From positions 21,267 through 85,266 of the forward strand of contig CAZABT010000001.1 in the NCBI GenBank assembly GCA_964483395.1: a stretch of 64,000 bases of DNA, given 5' to 3'. Positions 53,816 to 63,253 of the stretch are shown piece by piece. The notes below the pieces were generated by a model. The model saw nothing but the letters and a program-made list of their open reading frames with translations, was not told where the DNA came from and ran no database searches. Both the position numbers and the translations under genes were made by a program. Numbering within the stretch: the first letter of the stretch is position 1; every line of letters begins with the position of its first letter. This DNA is from an uncultured Lachnospiraceae bacterium (GTDB lineage: Bacteria > Bacillota > Clostridia > Lachnospirales > Lachnospiraceae).

Positions 53816-54585
53816 AAGTAGTATATGTTTGGACGATACCATTGTTTCTCATCGGCTTTGTTGTAGTACATCTTGCCAAAATGATGAGACTGTATCTGAT
53901 CCTGCTGGAACAAAAAATAGAATTTAAGCGGTTTGTTCTGACGTATTTGAAGACAACCTTCGTGAACCTGCTCATTCCCTTTAAGCTGGGAGAGGTTTAT
54001 AGGATTTTTTGCTTTTCCCGTGAAACGAAGGTATTTCAGATAGGTCTGTTCAGTGTTGCAGTGGATCGCTTTTTTGATACGGTGGCACTTCTTGTGCTCC
54101 TGATTCCGTATGAGGTGGTGATTACGGGAGAGGTAACATGGGTGACCGGTGCACTGACGATACTCGCGGTGCTTGCTGTTTTTATCTTTGTTGTTTTTCC
54201 TGGGATTTATACTTACCTGAACAGATATATTATTATGCATAAGACTTCCGGCCGCTCTATGGCAGCCCTGAGAGGGCTTGAGGTTGCGAAAACCTGGTAT
54301 GATTATGTCAGAAATCTGATTGCAGGCAGATATGCACTGATTATCCTGTTATCCTGTGCAGCCTGGATCGTGGAAGTCGGCGCACTGTGGTGCCTGTCTT
54401 CGATGCGGAATATTACGTTTGGGGCGGCAACCTTTTCGGAATACATTGCAGCGATCTTCTTGTCGGGAGATTCAAAGCTGCTGACGGCTTATACATGGAT
54501 CAGTGCGACTGCGATGGGGGTATTGACGGTGGTCGGATATATTCTGTATTATCTTGGAGCAAAGAGAAGACGGACACAAAAGTAA
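53812..54585 (+). CDS. UPF0104 / LPG_synthase_TM-type flippase-like membrane protein
   Basis: NLLIPFKLGEVYRIF is the P.K.GE..R hallmark. About 7-8 TM. ATGA overlap with the upstream GT2. Confidence 0.7.
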   Translation: MKVVYVWTIPLFLIGFVVVHLAKMMRLYLILLEQKIEFKRFVLTYLKTTFVNLLIPFKLGEVYRIFCFSRETKVFQIGLFSVAVDRFFDTVALLVLLIPYEVVITGEVTWVTGALTILAVLAVFIFVVFPGIYTYLNRYIIMHKTSGRSMAALRGLEVAKTWYDYVRNLIAGRYALIILLSCAAWIVEVGALWCLSSMRNITFGAATFSEYIAAIFLSGDSKLLTAYTWISATAMGVLTVVGYILYYLGAKRRRTQK

Positions 54586-54598
54586 GGCGGTGCAGGCA

Positions 54599-56068
54599 GT
54601 GAAGGATATTATAATCATTTATGATGACAGCGGAAAACCAAATCAGGATATCAGATGTATCACGGGCGGAAAGACCTTCGGTGATACGATCTTTAAAAGA
54701 ATTACGCTCAAGGAGCGTATGGGAAGAGAACTTTCTGAACTTCCCGGAGTCAAGCGTTTTATGGTCGTCCGCAGCATAACCGGATTGGAGAATGAGCTGT
54801 CGGGGCTGGAAACGGAACTGAGCAGAGCCGTGGTCATACATCTGTTTTCAGATTTTGGACTAAGAGACCGGGAGGCACTTCATATTTTGTTTGAGAAGGC
54901 CGGTTTTATCAATGAGAATTATATTGTGGAAAGTGACGGCAGGCCGGCACTTGCAATGTTTCAGGGAGGTGCACAATACCGGACTTTTCTGGAGGGTATT
55001 TCGGATACAGAGGCAGACACTTCGGTGCGTGCGGCACTTGCCCTATCCGGTTACACGAGGATGTCAACCGATGCATTTGTGGATCTGTCGGACATCCATC
55101 ATTTCAGACAGTTCATTACGGGTGGCTTTGAAGCCCGCTTCTTTAATATGCTGGCAGGGGATGCTTATACAGTGACAAAGCAGTCTGTCAATCGGGAAAA
55201 GCTGAAGAGAGAGTATGAATATTACCAGCTTCTTCCGGAGGATATGAAAATGTGGTATGTGAAGCCGTTTCATTATACGGAAGACGAGACAAGTGCCTCC
55301 TATACGATGGAACGTTATCATATGACAGATATAGCCATTCGATACGTGCATGGGGCCATCAGTACCGCTGAGTTTCATGATATCATGGATAAGCTGTTCT
55401 ATTATCTGAAAAACAGAGCAGAAAAAGAGGTGTCGCGCGAGGTATATGAGGAAAATGCAGAAAATCTGTATCTCAGAAAGGTAGAGGAGCGCATTGAGGA
55501 ACTGAAGCAGGCTCCGGCCTACGAACGACTGAACCAATTGGTGAAAACCGGTACGGAGTATGAGGGGATTGATGCGGTGGTAGAGCAGTACCGTCAGGCG
55601 TATCATAGGATTACAGAAAAGAAAGCGTTTCGGAATGTGCTTGTGGTAGGGCATGGAGATCTTTGCTTTTCCAATATCCTGTATCACCAGGACGCTTCCC
55701 TGTTAAAGCTGATTGATCCGAGAGGTGCTTCCTGCGAGGAAGAACTGTATATGAATCCGTACTATGACATGGCGAAGCTTTCTCATTCAATCTGTGGCTC
55801 ATATGATTATTTTAACAGTGACCTCTTTGAAATATCGCTGGAGGATGATATGCATTTTAAGCTGTCTGTTATGGGCGATGTTCATAAGGAACAGTATTGC
55901 AGGATCTTTCGGGATTATTTGGAGCAAAATCAAATAGATTATTATTTAATACGGCTGTATGAGGCATCGCTGTTCCTATCGATGCTGCCGCTGCATATTG
56001 ACAGAGAGAAGAAGGTATTTGCGTTTATCTTAAATGCAATACAGATTTTAAAGGAGATAGAGCATTGA
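54599..56068 (+). CDS. two-domain protein with C-terminal APH/choline-kinase-fold small-molecule kinase domain
   Basis: VVGHGDLCFSNILY and KLIDPRG (Brenner-type catalytic loop plus metal-binding Asp). The N-terminal roughly 190 aa is unassigned. No in-frame ATG lies near the 5' end. GTG 54599 has an AAGGCGG RBS; the ORF track uses TTG 54554. Confidence 0.6.
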   Translation: MKDIIIIYDDSGKPNQDIRCITGGKTFGDTIFKRITLKERMGRELSELPGVKRFMVVRSITGLENELSGLETELSRAVVIHLFSDFGLRDREALHILFEKAGFINENYIVESDGRPALAMFQGGAQYRTFLEGISDTEADTSVRAALALSGYTRMSTDAFVDLSDIHHFRQFITGGFEARFFNMLAGDAYTVTKQSVNREKLKREYEYYQLLPEDMKMWYVKPFHYTEDETSASYTMERYHMTDIAIRYVHGAISTAEFHDIMDKLFYYLKNRAEKEVSREVYEENAENLYLRKVEERIEELKQAPAYERLNQLVKTGTEYEGIDAVVEQYRQAYHRITEKKAFRNVLVVGHGDLCFSNILYHQDASLLKLIDPRGASCEEELYMNPYYDMAKLSHSICGSYDYFNSDLFEISLEDDMHFKLSVMGDVHKEQYCRIFRDYLEQNQIDYYLIRLYEASLFLSMLPLHIDREKKVFAFILNAIQILKEIEH

Positions 56069-56463
56069 TGGATTATGAGGGAATGAGTTTTATATTTGAT
56101 GTGGACGGAACACTTTGTCCGATTAAGAAAAAGGAAGAGGCTTATGAAGATCTTGTCCCGTATGAGGATATGGTGGCGAAGCTGCGTGAATATAAAGAAG
56201 GCGGAGCAAAGATCATCTTGTTTACCTCCCGCAATATGAACAGTTATCATGGAAATATCGGTCTGATCAATGCCAATACGGCAAAAATCATGACAGTATG
56301 GCTGGATCAATGGCAAATTCCCTATGATGAGATTATTTACGGGAAGCCTTGGCCGGGACACAAGGGGTTCTATGTGGATGACAGAACGATACGTCCGGAT
56401 GAATTCCTGAACAAAAGTGTGGAAGAGTTAGAGGAAATATGCAGAAAGAGCAGGTGTGAATAA
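56068..56463 (+). CDS. small HAD-superfamily phosphatase
   Basis: All four HAD motifs are present: FDVDGTL, LFTSRN, YGKPWP, FYVDDR. The start overlaps the upstream stop (TTGATG). Confidence 0.7.
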   Translation: MDYEGMSFIFDVDGTLCPIKKKEEAYEDLVPYEDMVAKLREYKEGGAKIILFTSRNMNSYHGNIGLINANTAKIMTVWLDQWQIPYDEIIYGKPWPGHKGFYVDDRTIRPDEFLNKSVEELEEICRKSRCE

Positions 56464-57190
56464 AGACGTGACGATTGTAATCACCATGGCAGGCTTGGGA
56501 ACGAGATTCCGTAACGCAGGATATACTGTACCGAAATATATGATTGAGGCACGTGGAAAGACGCTGTTTGAGTGGTCGATGGAAAGTCTGGCAGGCTTTG
56601 CGGAGGAAGAGAATCTTTATGTTTTTATCGTAAGGAAAGAAGACGATGCCAGTTCCTTCATCACCAATACCTGCAGTCAGATGGGGATGCTACATACATG
56701 CGTGATTGAGATAGATGCACCTACGGACGGACAGGCAACTACGGCTATGCTGGCAAAACAGGTCTGGAAGGGGGAATCTCCTCTGCTGATCTATAACATT
56801 GATACCTATGTGGAAGCAGGTGAGATGAACGAAAATCAGATTATCGGTGACGGCTTTATACCATGCTTTCATGCGGTGGGTGAGCACTGGAGCTTCGTGA
56901 AACTGGATGAAGCAGGAACGGCAGTCGAGGTACGGGAAAAACAGAGGATATCGGACAACTGTACTTTAGGGGCCTATTATTTTAGCAGCTGTTCTTTGTT
57001 TCAACAACTGTATGAGGAATACTACTCCCTTGATCAAAACCTTGAAAAAGGGGAAAAATATGTAGCACCGCTTTATAATTATTTGATTTCAAAGGGTGGA
57101 AAGGTTCACATTTCCATCGTAGATGCTGATAAGGTTCATGTGCTCGGAACACCGGAAGAACTGCAGGTATTTATCCATGAAGAAAATTAG
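56456..57190 (+). CDS. sugar-phosphate (or alcohol-phosphate) nucleotidyltransferase, GT-A-like NTP_transferase fold
   Basis: VITMAGLGTRFRNAGYTVPKYMI is the G-x-G-T-R nucleotide loop followed by PK. GTG start. Confidence 0.7.
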   Translation: MNKDVTIVITMAGLGTRFRNAGYTVPKYMIEARGKTLFEWSMESLAGFAEEENLYVFIVRKEDDASSFITNTCSQMGMLHTCVIEIDAPTDGQATTAMLAKQVWKGESPLLIYNIDTYVEAGEMNENQIIGDGFIPCFHAVGEHWSFVKLDEAGTAVEVREKQRISDNCTLGAYYFSSCSLFQQLYEEYYSLDQNLEKGEKYVAPLYNYLISKGGKVHISIVDADKVHVLGTPEELQVFIHEEN

Positions 57191-58643
57191 TTCCAGATTT
57201 AACAAACAGAATATTGAACGAGGAATCCGTTATCTGCAGCGCAATGGTATTTCTGAGACGCTTTATAAGGCAACAGAACGTCTGGCACGGGATGATGATG
57301 AGGCGGATTATGAGGCATGGCTCGGGATTCATCTGCCAGATGCAGAGGAATTGAAACAGCAGAGAAATGCTGTTTTTCAGCGACGATATAAGATCAGCAT
57401 TTTGGTGCCGGCTTATGAGACATCTCCCGTTTTTTTAAGGGAAATGATTGAGTCGGTCATTGCGCAGAGCTATACGGAATGGGAACTTTGCATTGCAGAT
57501 GGCAGCAGCAGTGATGTTGTAAAAAACTGCGTGATGGATATGGTGGGGCGATACAGCACGGAACTCGGAGGCAATCGTATCAAGTATCAGAAGCTGGACA
57601 GAAATTACGGGATATCGGTGAATTCCAATAAGGCTTTGGAGATGGCAAACGGTGATTATGTCGGACTTTTGGATCATGATGATCTGTTGACGCCGAATGC
57701 GCTCTATGAGACTGTCAGCATGCTGCAGAGCGGAATCTGTGCAGAAGGATGCATCCTGAATAATAAGATACGTGCGGTTTATTCTGATGAGGATAAGGTG
57801 GATGGCAGTACAGGTCGCCATTTTGATTATCATAAAAAACCCGATTTCAATCTGGACCTGTTGCGAACCAATAATTATATTTGTCATTTCTTTGTGGTCA
57901 GCAGCAGTGCTGCCAAACATGCCGGGGGATTCCGCACGGAATATAATGGTGCACAGGATCATGATTTTATCCTGCGTTGTGTAGAAAATGCACCAAAGGG
58001 AAGTGTTGTGCATATCCCCAAAGTGCTTTATCATTGGCGTGCCCATGAGGAATCTACGGCAGATCATCCGGAGAGTAAGCTGTATGCTTACGATGCGGGA
58101 AAACGTGCGATTGAGGCACATCTGGAGAGAATGGATATTGAGGCACAGGTGCTTTATACGCCTCACCTGGGATTTTTCCGTATCAAATATGCGGCGGATG
58201 AGGAAAAGGTAGCAATTGTTTCCAAGGAGACATGGGATATCATCAAGCAGGCAGGGCTCGAGCAGATCGAGGAGGATTATGTGATGATCCTGAACGGAAA
58301 CCTGCGTCCGCTGACGCCTAATTGGCAGGCAGAGCTGCTGGGACATTTGCTTCGTCCGGATGTTGGTGCTGTGGCAGGTAAGATTTTAGATCGTACAGGA
58401 CATGTGGAAAGTGCAGGCTATTCCAAAAATGAAGAAGGCAGGCTGGTGGCAAATTTCAAGGGACTGAGCAGGCATCATTCCGGTTACCTGCACAGGGCGA
58501 ATCTGCAGCAGGAGGTAGACGGACTTCCTCTGGACTGTATGATGATCAAAAAGCAGGCTTTGATACAGGGAACAGCGGGAATTGCAATGTCGAAAGATTA
58601 TATTGCGGTATATGATCCGTATGCGGTGTTCAGACGCAGATAG
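57177..58643 (+). CDS. glycosyltransferase family 2 (paralogue of domain 1 of the 46295-48304 product)
   Basis: ISILVPAYETSPVFLREMIESVIAQSY, LLDHDDLL. The start is the ATG at 57177, which overlaps the upstream gene by 14 nt. Confidence 0.8.
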   Translation: MKKISSRFNKQNIERGIRYLQRNGISETLYKATERLARDDDEADYEAWLGIHLPDAEELKQQRNAVFQRRYKISILVPAYETSPVFLREMIESVIAQSYTEWELCIADGSSSDVVKNCVMDMVGRYSTELGGNRIKYQKLDRNYGISVNSNKALEMANGDYVGLLDHDDLLTPNALYETVSMLQSGICAEGCILNNKIRAVYSDEDKVDGSTGRHFDYHKKPDFNLDLLRTNNYICHFFVVSSSAAKHAGGFRTEYNGAQDHDFILRCVENAPKGSVVHIPKVLYHWRAHEESTADHPESKLYAYDAGKRAIEAHLERMDIEAQVLYTPHLGFFRIKYAADEEKVAIVSKETWDIIKQAGLEQIEEDYVMILNGNLRPLTPNWQAELLGHLLRPDVGAVAGKILDRTGHVESAGYSKNEEGRLVANFKGLSRHHSGYLHRANLQQEVDGLPLDCMMIKKQALIQGTAGIAMSKDYIAVYDPYAVFRRR

Positions 58644-58662
58644 AGAAAATCAAACAGTTGAT

Positions 58663-59643
58663 ATGATGGGAACCAATAGAATGGAAAAAAAGAGAGCTAC
58701 TGTAATCATACCGAATTATAATGGAAGTGCATATAATGAGAAGTGTCTGGATGCCTTGCGAAGACAAACCTGCAGGGACTTTGACATCATTGTTGTCGAC
58801 AATTGCTCTGAGGACGGCAGCGCCGATCTGATCGCGGAAAAATATTCTGAGGTAAAGCTGATACGCCTGTCACAGAATTTTGGGTTTTCCAGAGCTGTGA
58901 ATGAAGGAATCAGGGTTGCAGATACGGAATATATCATTTTGTTGAACAATGACACGGAAGCAGAGGAGCACTTTGTGGAGGAACTGCTGCGCGCGATTGA
59001 GGGGAAACCGGATGTTTTTTCTGTGGCGGCCAAGATGCTGCAGATGTCTGACCAAGACAAAATAGACGGGGCGGGCGATCTCTACTGTGCACTCGGATGG
59101 GCATTTGCTCTCGGTAAGGGAAGAAATAAGAAATATTACAGCAAAGAGAGTGAGGTATTTTCGGCATGTGCAGGAGCAGCAATTTACAGACGGGCTGTTT
59201 TTGAGATCATTGGATACTTTGATGAGTTTCATTTTGCATATTTAGAGGATGTGGATGTCGGCTATCGTGCGCGGATCATGGGATATCGTAATATTTATAC
59301 ACCTCATGCCGTAGTATATCACGTCGGCAGCGGCTTCTCAGGCTCAAGGTACAACTCCTTTAAAATACGTCTTGCAGCGAGAAACAGCTGGTATGTCATT
59401 TATAAGAACATGCCGTTTTGGCAGATTATCATCAACCTGCCGTTTTTGCTGCTGGGCTTTGGGGTGAAGGCTGTTTTCTTTATCTGCAAGGGGTATGGAA
59501 GAGAATATCTGTCCGGAATGAAACGGGGCTACCTGATGTGTACACAGGGAAAGAAATATCCCTATTCAGGTCGCTTCTTTAAAAATTATGTTAAAATACA
59601 GTTAGAACTGTGGCTGAATATGTTTCGCAGGATTACGGGATAA
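58663..59643 (+). CDS. glycosyltransferase family 2 with C-terminal hydrophobic segment
   Basis: ATVIIPNYNGSAYNEKCLDALRRQT, IVVDNCSEDGS, LLNNDTEA, EDVDVGYR. The start is uncertain (58663, 58666 or 58681). Confidence 0.8.
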   Translation: MMGTNRMEKKRATVIIPNYNGSAYNEKCLDALRRQTCRDFDIIVVDNCSEDGSADLIAEKYSEVKLIRLSQNFGFSRAVNEGIRVADTEYIILLNNDTEAEEHFVEELLRAIEGKPDVFSVAAKMLQMSDQDKIDGAGDLYCALGWAFALGKGRNKKYYSKESEVFSACAGAAIYRRAVFEIIGYFDEFHFAYLEDVDVGYRARIMGYRNIYTPHAVVYHVGSGFSGSRYNSFKIRLAARNSWYVIYKNMPFWQIIINLPFLLLGFGVKAVFFICKGYGREYLSGMKRGYLMCTQGKKYPYSGRFFKNYVKIQLELWLNMFRRITG

Positions 59644-59670
59644 ATTTTATAAAAATTTAATCTCTTAGAG

Positions 59671-61128
59671 TTGCCCTTTGACACGAATTATTGTAATATA
59701 GAGCGATGGGCAGACTTTGAAAAGGTGACCGTTTTGATAAAAGATAATCAGAGAATGTTTAACCAATTACATGTGGTGATTGATGGGATCATAACTGCTG
59801 CTTCGTATCTCTTTGCATGGTATTTGCAGTTTGAGGTCTTTCACGGAGACAAGGGACTTCCTGCGAGTACCTATTTTGAGGCACTCTATTTTGTAGTACC
59901 CGGGTATCTGTTCCTGTATTATAAATTCGACCTATACAGTTCCAAGCGTGCATCAGGACGTAAAAGAGAGCTTTTTAATATTGTAAAAGCCAATACACTT
60001 GGATTAACTGCGTTTATTGTGGTTTTGTATGTGATTAACCAGTCACACTTTTCGAGGCTCATGTTCTTTTATTTTTGGACAACCAATATCATTGCAGAAA
60101 CGCTGGCCCGAAACATTATACGGTATGCACTGCGGTATATCAGACGGCGTGGATTTAATTTGAAGTATGTTCTGCTTGTGGGTTATTCCAAATCTGCAGA
60201 AGCCTATATCAATCGTATCCGATTGAATCCTCAGTGGGGCTATGTTGTCCGCGGCATTTTGGACGATCATATGGAAAGCGGAACAATGTATAAGGGTGTC
60301 AAGGTATTAGGCCGCATCGACAACCTGTTTGTCATTTTGCCGGAAAATAAGCTGGATGAGATTGCAATTACACTGAGTCTGCAGGAGTACGGACGATTGG
60401 AAGAGATTGTTGCGCTGTGCGAGAAATCAGGTGTACACACGAAGTTTATACCGGATTATAACGGCGTCATTCCGAACAGACCATATACCGAGGATATACA
60501 GGGACTTCCGATCATAAACATACGGTATGTACCGTTGAGCAATACATGGAACATGTTGGCAAAACGACTTGTGGATATCCTTGGATCGATCTTTGGAATT
60601 ATTGTGTCGTCCCCGATTATGCTGATTGCGGCAATTGCCATCAAGATGACCTCTAAAGGACCTGTGATTTTTGCACAGGAAAGGGTCGGACTGCATAATA
60701 AACCGTATCAGATGTATAAGTTCAGGACGATGTATGTACAGAGTGAGGAAGTTGAGGAGAAGGCGTGGACGGTCAAGGATGACCCGCGTGTTACGAAGAT
60801 CGGAAAGCTGCTGCGCCGTACAAGCATAGATGAACTGCCGCAGCTGTTCAATATTTTGGTGGGCAAGATGAGTCTGGTCGGCCCCCGTCCAGAACGACCG
60901 CTGTTTGTAGAAAAATTTAAAGAAGAAATACCACGTTACATGGTAAAGCATCAAGTCAGACCAGGTCTGACGGGCTGGGCTCAGATCAATGGACTCCGAG
61001 GGGATACATCCATCGAAAAACGTGTAGAATATGATTTATACTATATTGAGCATTGGACAATGGGCTTTGACCTGAAAATCATGTTTCTGACCATTTTCCG
61101 TGGCTTCATAAATGAAAATGCCTATTAA
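59671..61128 (+). CDS. polyprenyl-phosphate hexose-1-phosphate transferase (Bac_transf, WcaJ/EpsL-like); second priming enzyme in the window
   Basis: 4-5 N-terminal TM, then [37 protein letters not shown]. The start is uncertain (TTG 59671, TTG 59734 with an AAGGTG RBS, or ATG 59755). Confidence 0.85.
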   Translation: MPFDTNYCNIERWADFEKVTVLIKDNQRMFNQLHVVIDGIITAASYLFAWYLQFEVFHGDKGLPASTYFEALYFVVPGYLFLYYKFDLYSSKRASGRKRELFNIVKANTLGLTAFIVVLYVINQSHFSRLMFFYFWTTNIIAETLARNIIRYALRYIRRRGFNLKYVLLVGYSKSAEAYINRIRLNPQWGYVVRGILDDHMESGTMYKGVKVLGRIDNLFVILPENKLDEIAITLSLQEYGRLEEIVALCEKSGVHTKFIPDYNGVIPNRPYTEDIQGLPIINIRYVPLSNTWNMLAKRLVDILGSIFGIIVSSPIMLIAAIAIKMTSKGPVIFAQERVGLHNKPYQMYKFRTMYVQSEEVEEKAWTVKDDPRVTKIGKLLRRTSIDELPQLFNILVGKMSLVGPRPERPLFVEKFKEEIPRYMVKHQVRPGLTGWAQINGLRGDTSIEKRVEYDLYYIEHWTMGFDLKIMFLTIFRGFINENAY

Positions 61129-61147
61129 AGCAGAGAGGAAATTTAGT

Positions 61148-62272
61148 ATGTCGGATTACAGGAGAGAACAAAATCATAGAGGCGAGGAACCGAGACGCAG
61201 GAGCAGCGGAAACAGTCAGGCAAGGCGCGCAAAGGCAAAAGCAAAGAAGAAAAAGAGAATTATGCTTTTTGTACTGGAGTTTTTGGTGCTTGCGATTATG
61301 ATAGGGGTTCTGATCGTTGTACAGAAAATGGACAAGATTGAAAAGGTTGACATCAATGAAGAAGACATCACCATCAATGAGGAGGTCGCAGAAAAGGAAA
61401 CACTCAAGGGCTATAAAAACATTGCATTATTTGGTGTGGACGTCAGTGAGAATCACAATCTCGGCAAGGGTGCCAGAACTGATACGATCATGATCCTGAG
61501 TCTGAATGAAGATACAGGCGATGCAAGACTTGCATCTGTATATAGAGATACTTATCTGAATGTCGGAAACGATTCCTATAACAAGGCGAACTCTGCATAC
61601 AGTAAGGGTGGTCCGGAGCAGGCACTGAATATGCTGAATATGAATCTGGATTTGAATATTACGGATTATGTGACAATCGACTTTAGGGCACTGACGGATA
61701 CCATCAATGCATTGGGCGGTATTGAGGTTGATGTGCAGGAAGAGGAAATTGTACATCTGAATAACTATCAGATCGGTACGCAGGAGGTTACTGGCGGCGA
61801 TATTGTAGAGGTTACACAGCCCGGTCTGCAGACACTGAACGGCTTGCAGGCAACTTCCTATTGCCGTATCAGATATACCGCCGGAGACGATTTCAGACGT
61901 ACGGAACGCCAGAGAGATGTACTCAAAAAAGTTGCCGAAAAGGCTAAGAAGTCTGATCTAGCTACGGTTAATCAGATCATCAATGATGTTTTCCCAAAGA
62001 TTCAAACAAGCTTCAGCAATGCAGAGATGATCAGCTATGCAGCCAATTTCATGAATTATAATCTGGTTGATACGGTAGGATTCCCTGTTGCCAAGGCAAC
62101 CGGAACAATCGGGAAAAAGGGAAGCTGTGTTGTACCGACGGATTTGAAGGATAATGTCATGGTTCTGCATGGATTCCTCTTTAACTTCGATCCGACAACA
62201 TATGAACCTTCTGATACAGTGCTGCAGATCAGTGAACATATACAGAGTGACACGGCCTCATATATTCAATAG
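61148..62272 (+). CDS. LytR-CpsA-Psr (LCP) family glycopolymer-to-peptidoglycan ligase
   Basis: Basic tail plus a single TM, then RTDTIMILSLN, AYSKGGPE..LNMNL, DYVTIDF..LTDTINALGGIEVDV. GAGAGGAAA RBS before the ATG at 61148. Confidence 0.9.
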   Translation: MSDYRREQNHRGEEPRRRSSGNSQARRAKAKAKKKKRIMLFVLEFLVLAIMIGVLIVVQKMDKIEKVDINEEDITINEEVAEKETLKGYKNIALFGVDVSENHNLGKGARTDTIMILSLNEDTGDARLASVYRDTYLNVGNDSYNKANSAYSKGGPEQALNMLNMNLDLNITDYVTIDFRALTDTINALGGIEVDVQEEEIVHLNNYQIGTQEVTGGDIVEVTQPGLQTLNGLQATSYCRIRYTAGDDFRRTERQRDVLKKVAEKAKKSDLATVNQIINDVFPKIQTSFSNAEMISYAANFMNYNLVDTVGFPVAKATGTIGKKGSCVVPTDLKDNVMVLHGFLFNFDPTTYEPSDTVLQISEHIQSDTASYIQ

Positions 62273-62296
62273 AGCCGGCGGAGCAGGTGATATAGA

Positions 62297-63232
62297 TTGA
62301 AAATAGACGTATGCATACCTACCTATAAACCGGATAAGAACTTTTTGGTGCTGCTGGATCGTCTGGCAGTGCAGACGGAACCGATTCATAAGGTGATCCT
62401 GTTCAATACTGAGGAAAAATATTTTGAGAACCTTGTCATCGGAACCGATTTTTATGATCGATATAAAAATGTTGAGGTTCATCATATATCTGTCCATGAA
62501 TTTGATCATGGACATACACGGAATGAATTGCGGAAACATTCCGAGGCTGATATATTGATTTACATGACGCAGGATGCAATTCCGGCGAATGACCGTCTGG
62601 TTGAGAAGCTGGTTGAACCGCTTCAGGATAATGTGGCTGATATTTCCTATGCAAGACAGCTTGCATCAGAGGATGCCGGAGCAGCGGAACAGTTTACACG
62701 CAGCTTTAACTATCCGCCGGTCAGCCGTATCAAGAGTCTGGTTGATTTGGAACAGATGGGTATTAAAACTTTTTTTTGTTCTAATGCATGTGCCGCTTAT
62801 AAGAGGGAAGTTTTTGAGCAGTATGGTGGCTTTGTGAATCATACGATTTTTAATGAGGATATGATATTTGCTTCAGGAGTCGTGCGGGGCGGTGGGAAAA
62901 TTGCCTATACAGCGGATGCACAGGTGATTCATTCTCATAATTATACAAATATGCAGCAATTTAGAAGGAACTTTGATTTAGCGGTATCACAGGCCAGACA
63001 CCCGGAAGTGTTTGAAGGTATTTCCTCCGAATCGGAGGGAATCAGGTATGTGAGGGCCGCTTATACGTATTTTAAGGAGCATCACTGCCGAAAGGAAATC
63101 ATACCGTTTATCATTGCATGCGGTTATCGTTATATGGGTTATCGGAAAGGCATGAATTACAGAAAGCTGTCCGAAAAGACAATCATGCGTTGTACTATGA
63201 ACAGAGAATTTTGGATAGGCGGTCTGTATTAA
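62297..63232 (+). CDS. glycosyltransferase family 2
   Basis: IDVCIPTYKPDKNFLVLLDRL and YMTQDAIP. TTG start after a GGAGCAGGTGA RBS. Confidence 0.75.
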   Translation: MKIDVCIPTYKPDKNFLVLLDRLAVQTEPIHKVILFNTEEKYFENLVIGTDFYDRYKNVEVHHISVHEFDHGHTRNELRKHSEADILIYMTQDAIPANDRLVEKLVEPLQDNVADISYARQLASEDAGAAEQFTRSFNYPPVSRIKSLVDLEQMGIKTFFCSNACAAYKREVFEQYGGFVNHTIFNEDMIFASGVVRGGGKIAYTADAQVIHSHNYTNMQQFRRNFDLAVSQARHPEVFEGISSESEGIRYVRAAYTYFKEHHCRKEIIPFIIACGYRYMGYRKGMNYRKLSEKTIMRCTMNREFWIGGLY

Positions 63233-63253
63233 GCATTTTAGGAGGAAAGAGTT

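Noticed and set aside
62900-63253. A glmS ribozyme upstream of glmS.
   Set aside because: The intergenic spacer is only 21 nt, and I could not see the conserved ribozyme core in the preceding coding sequence. This should still be confirmed with a covariance-model scan.
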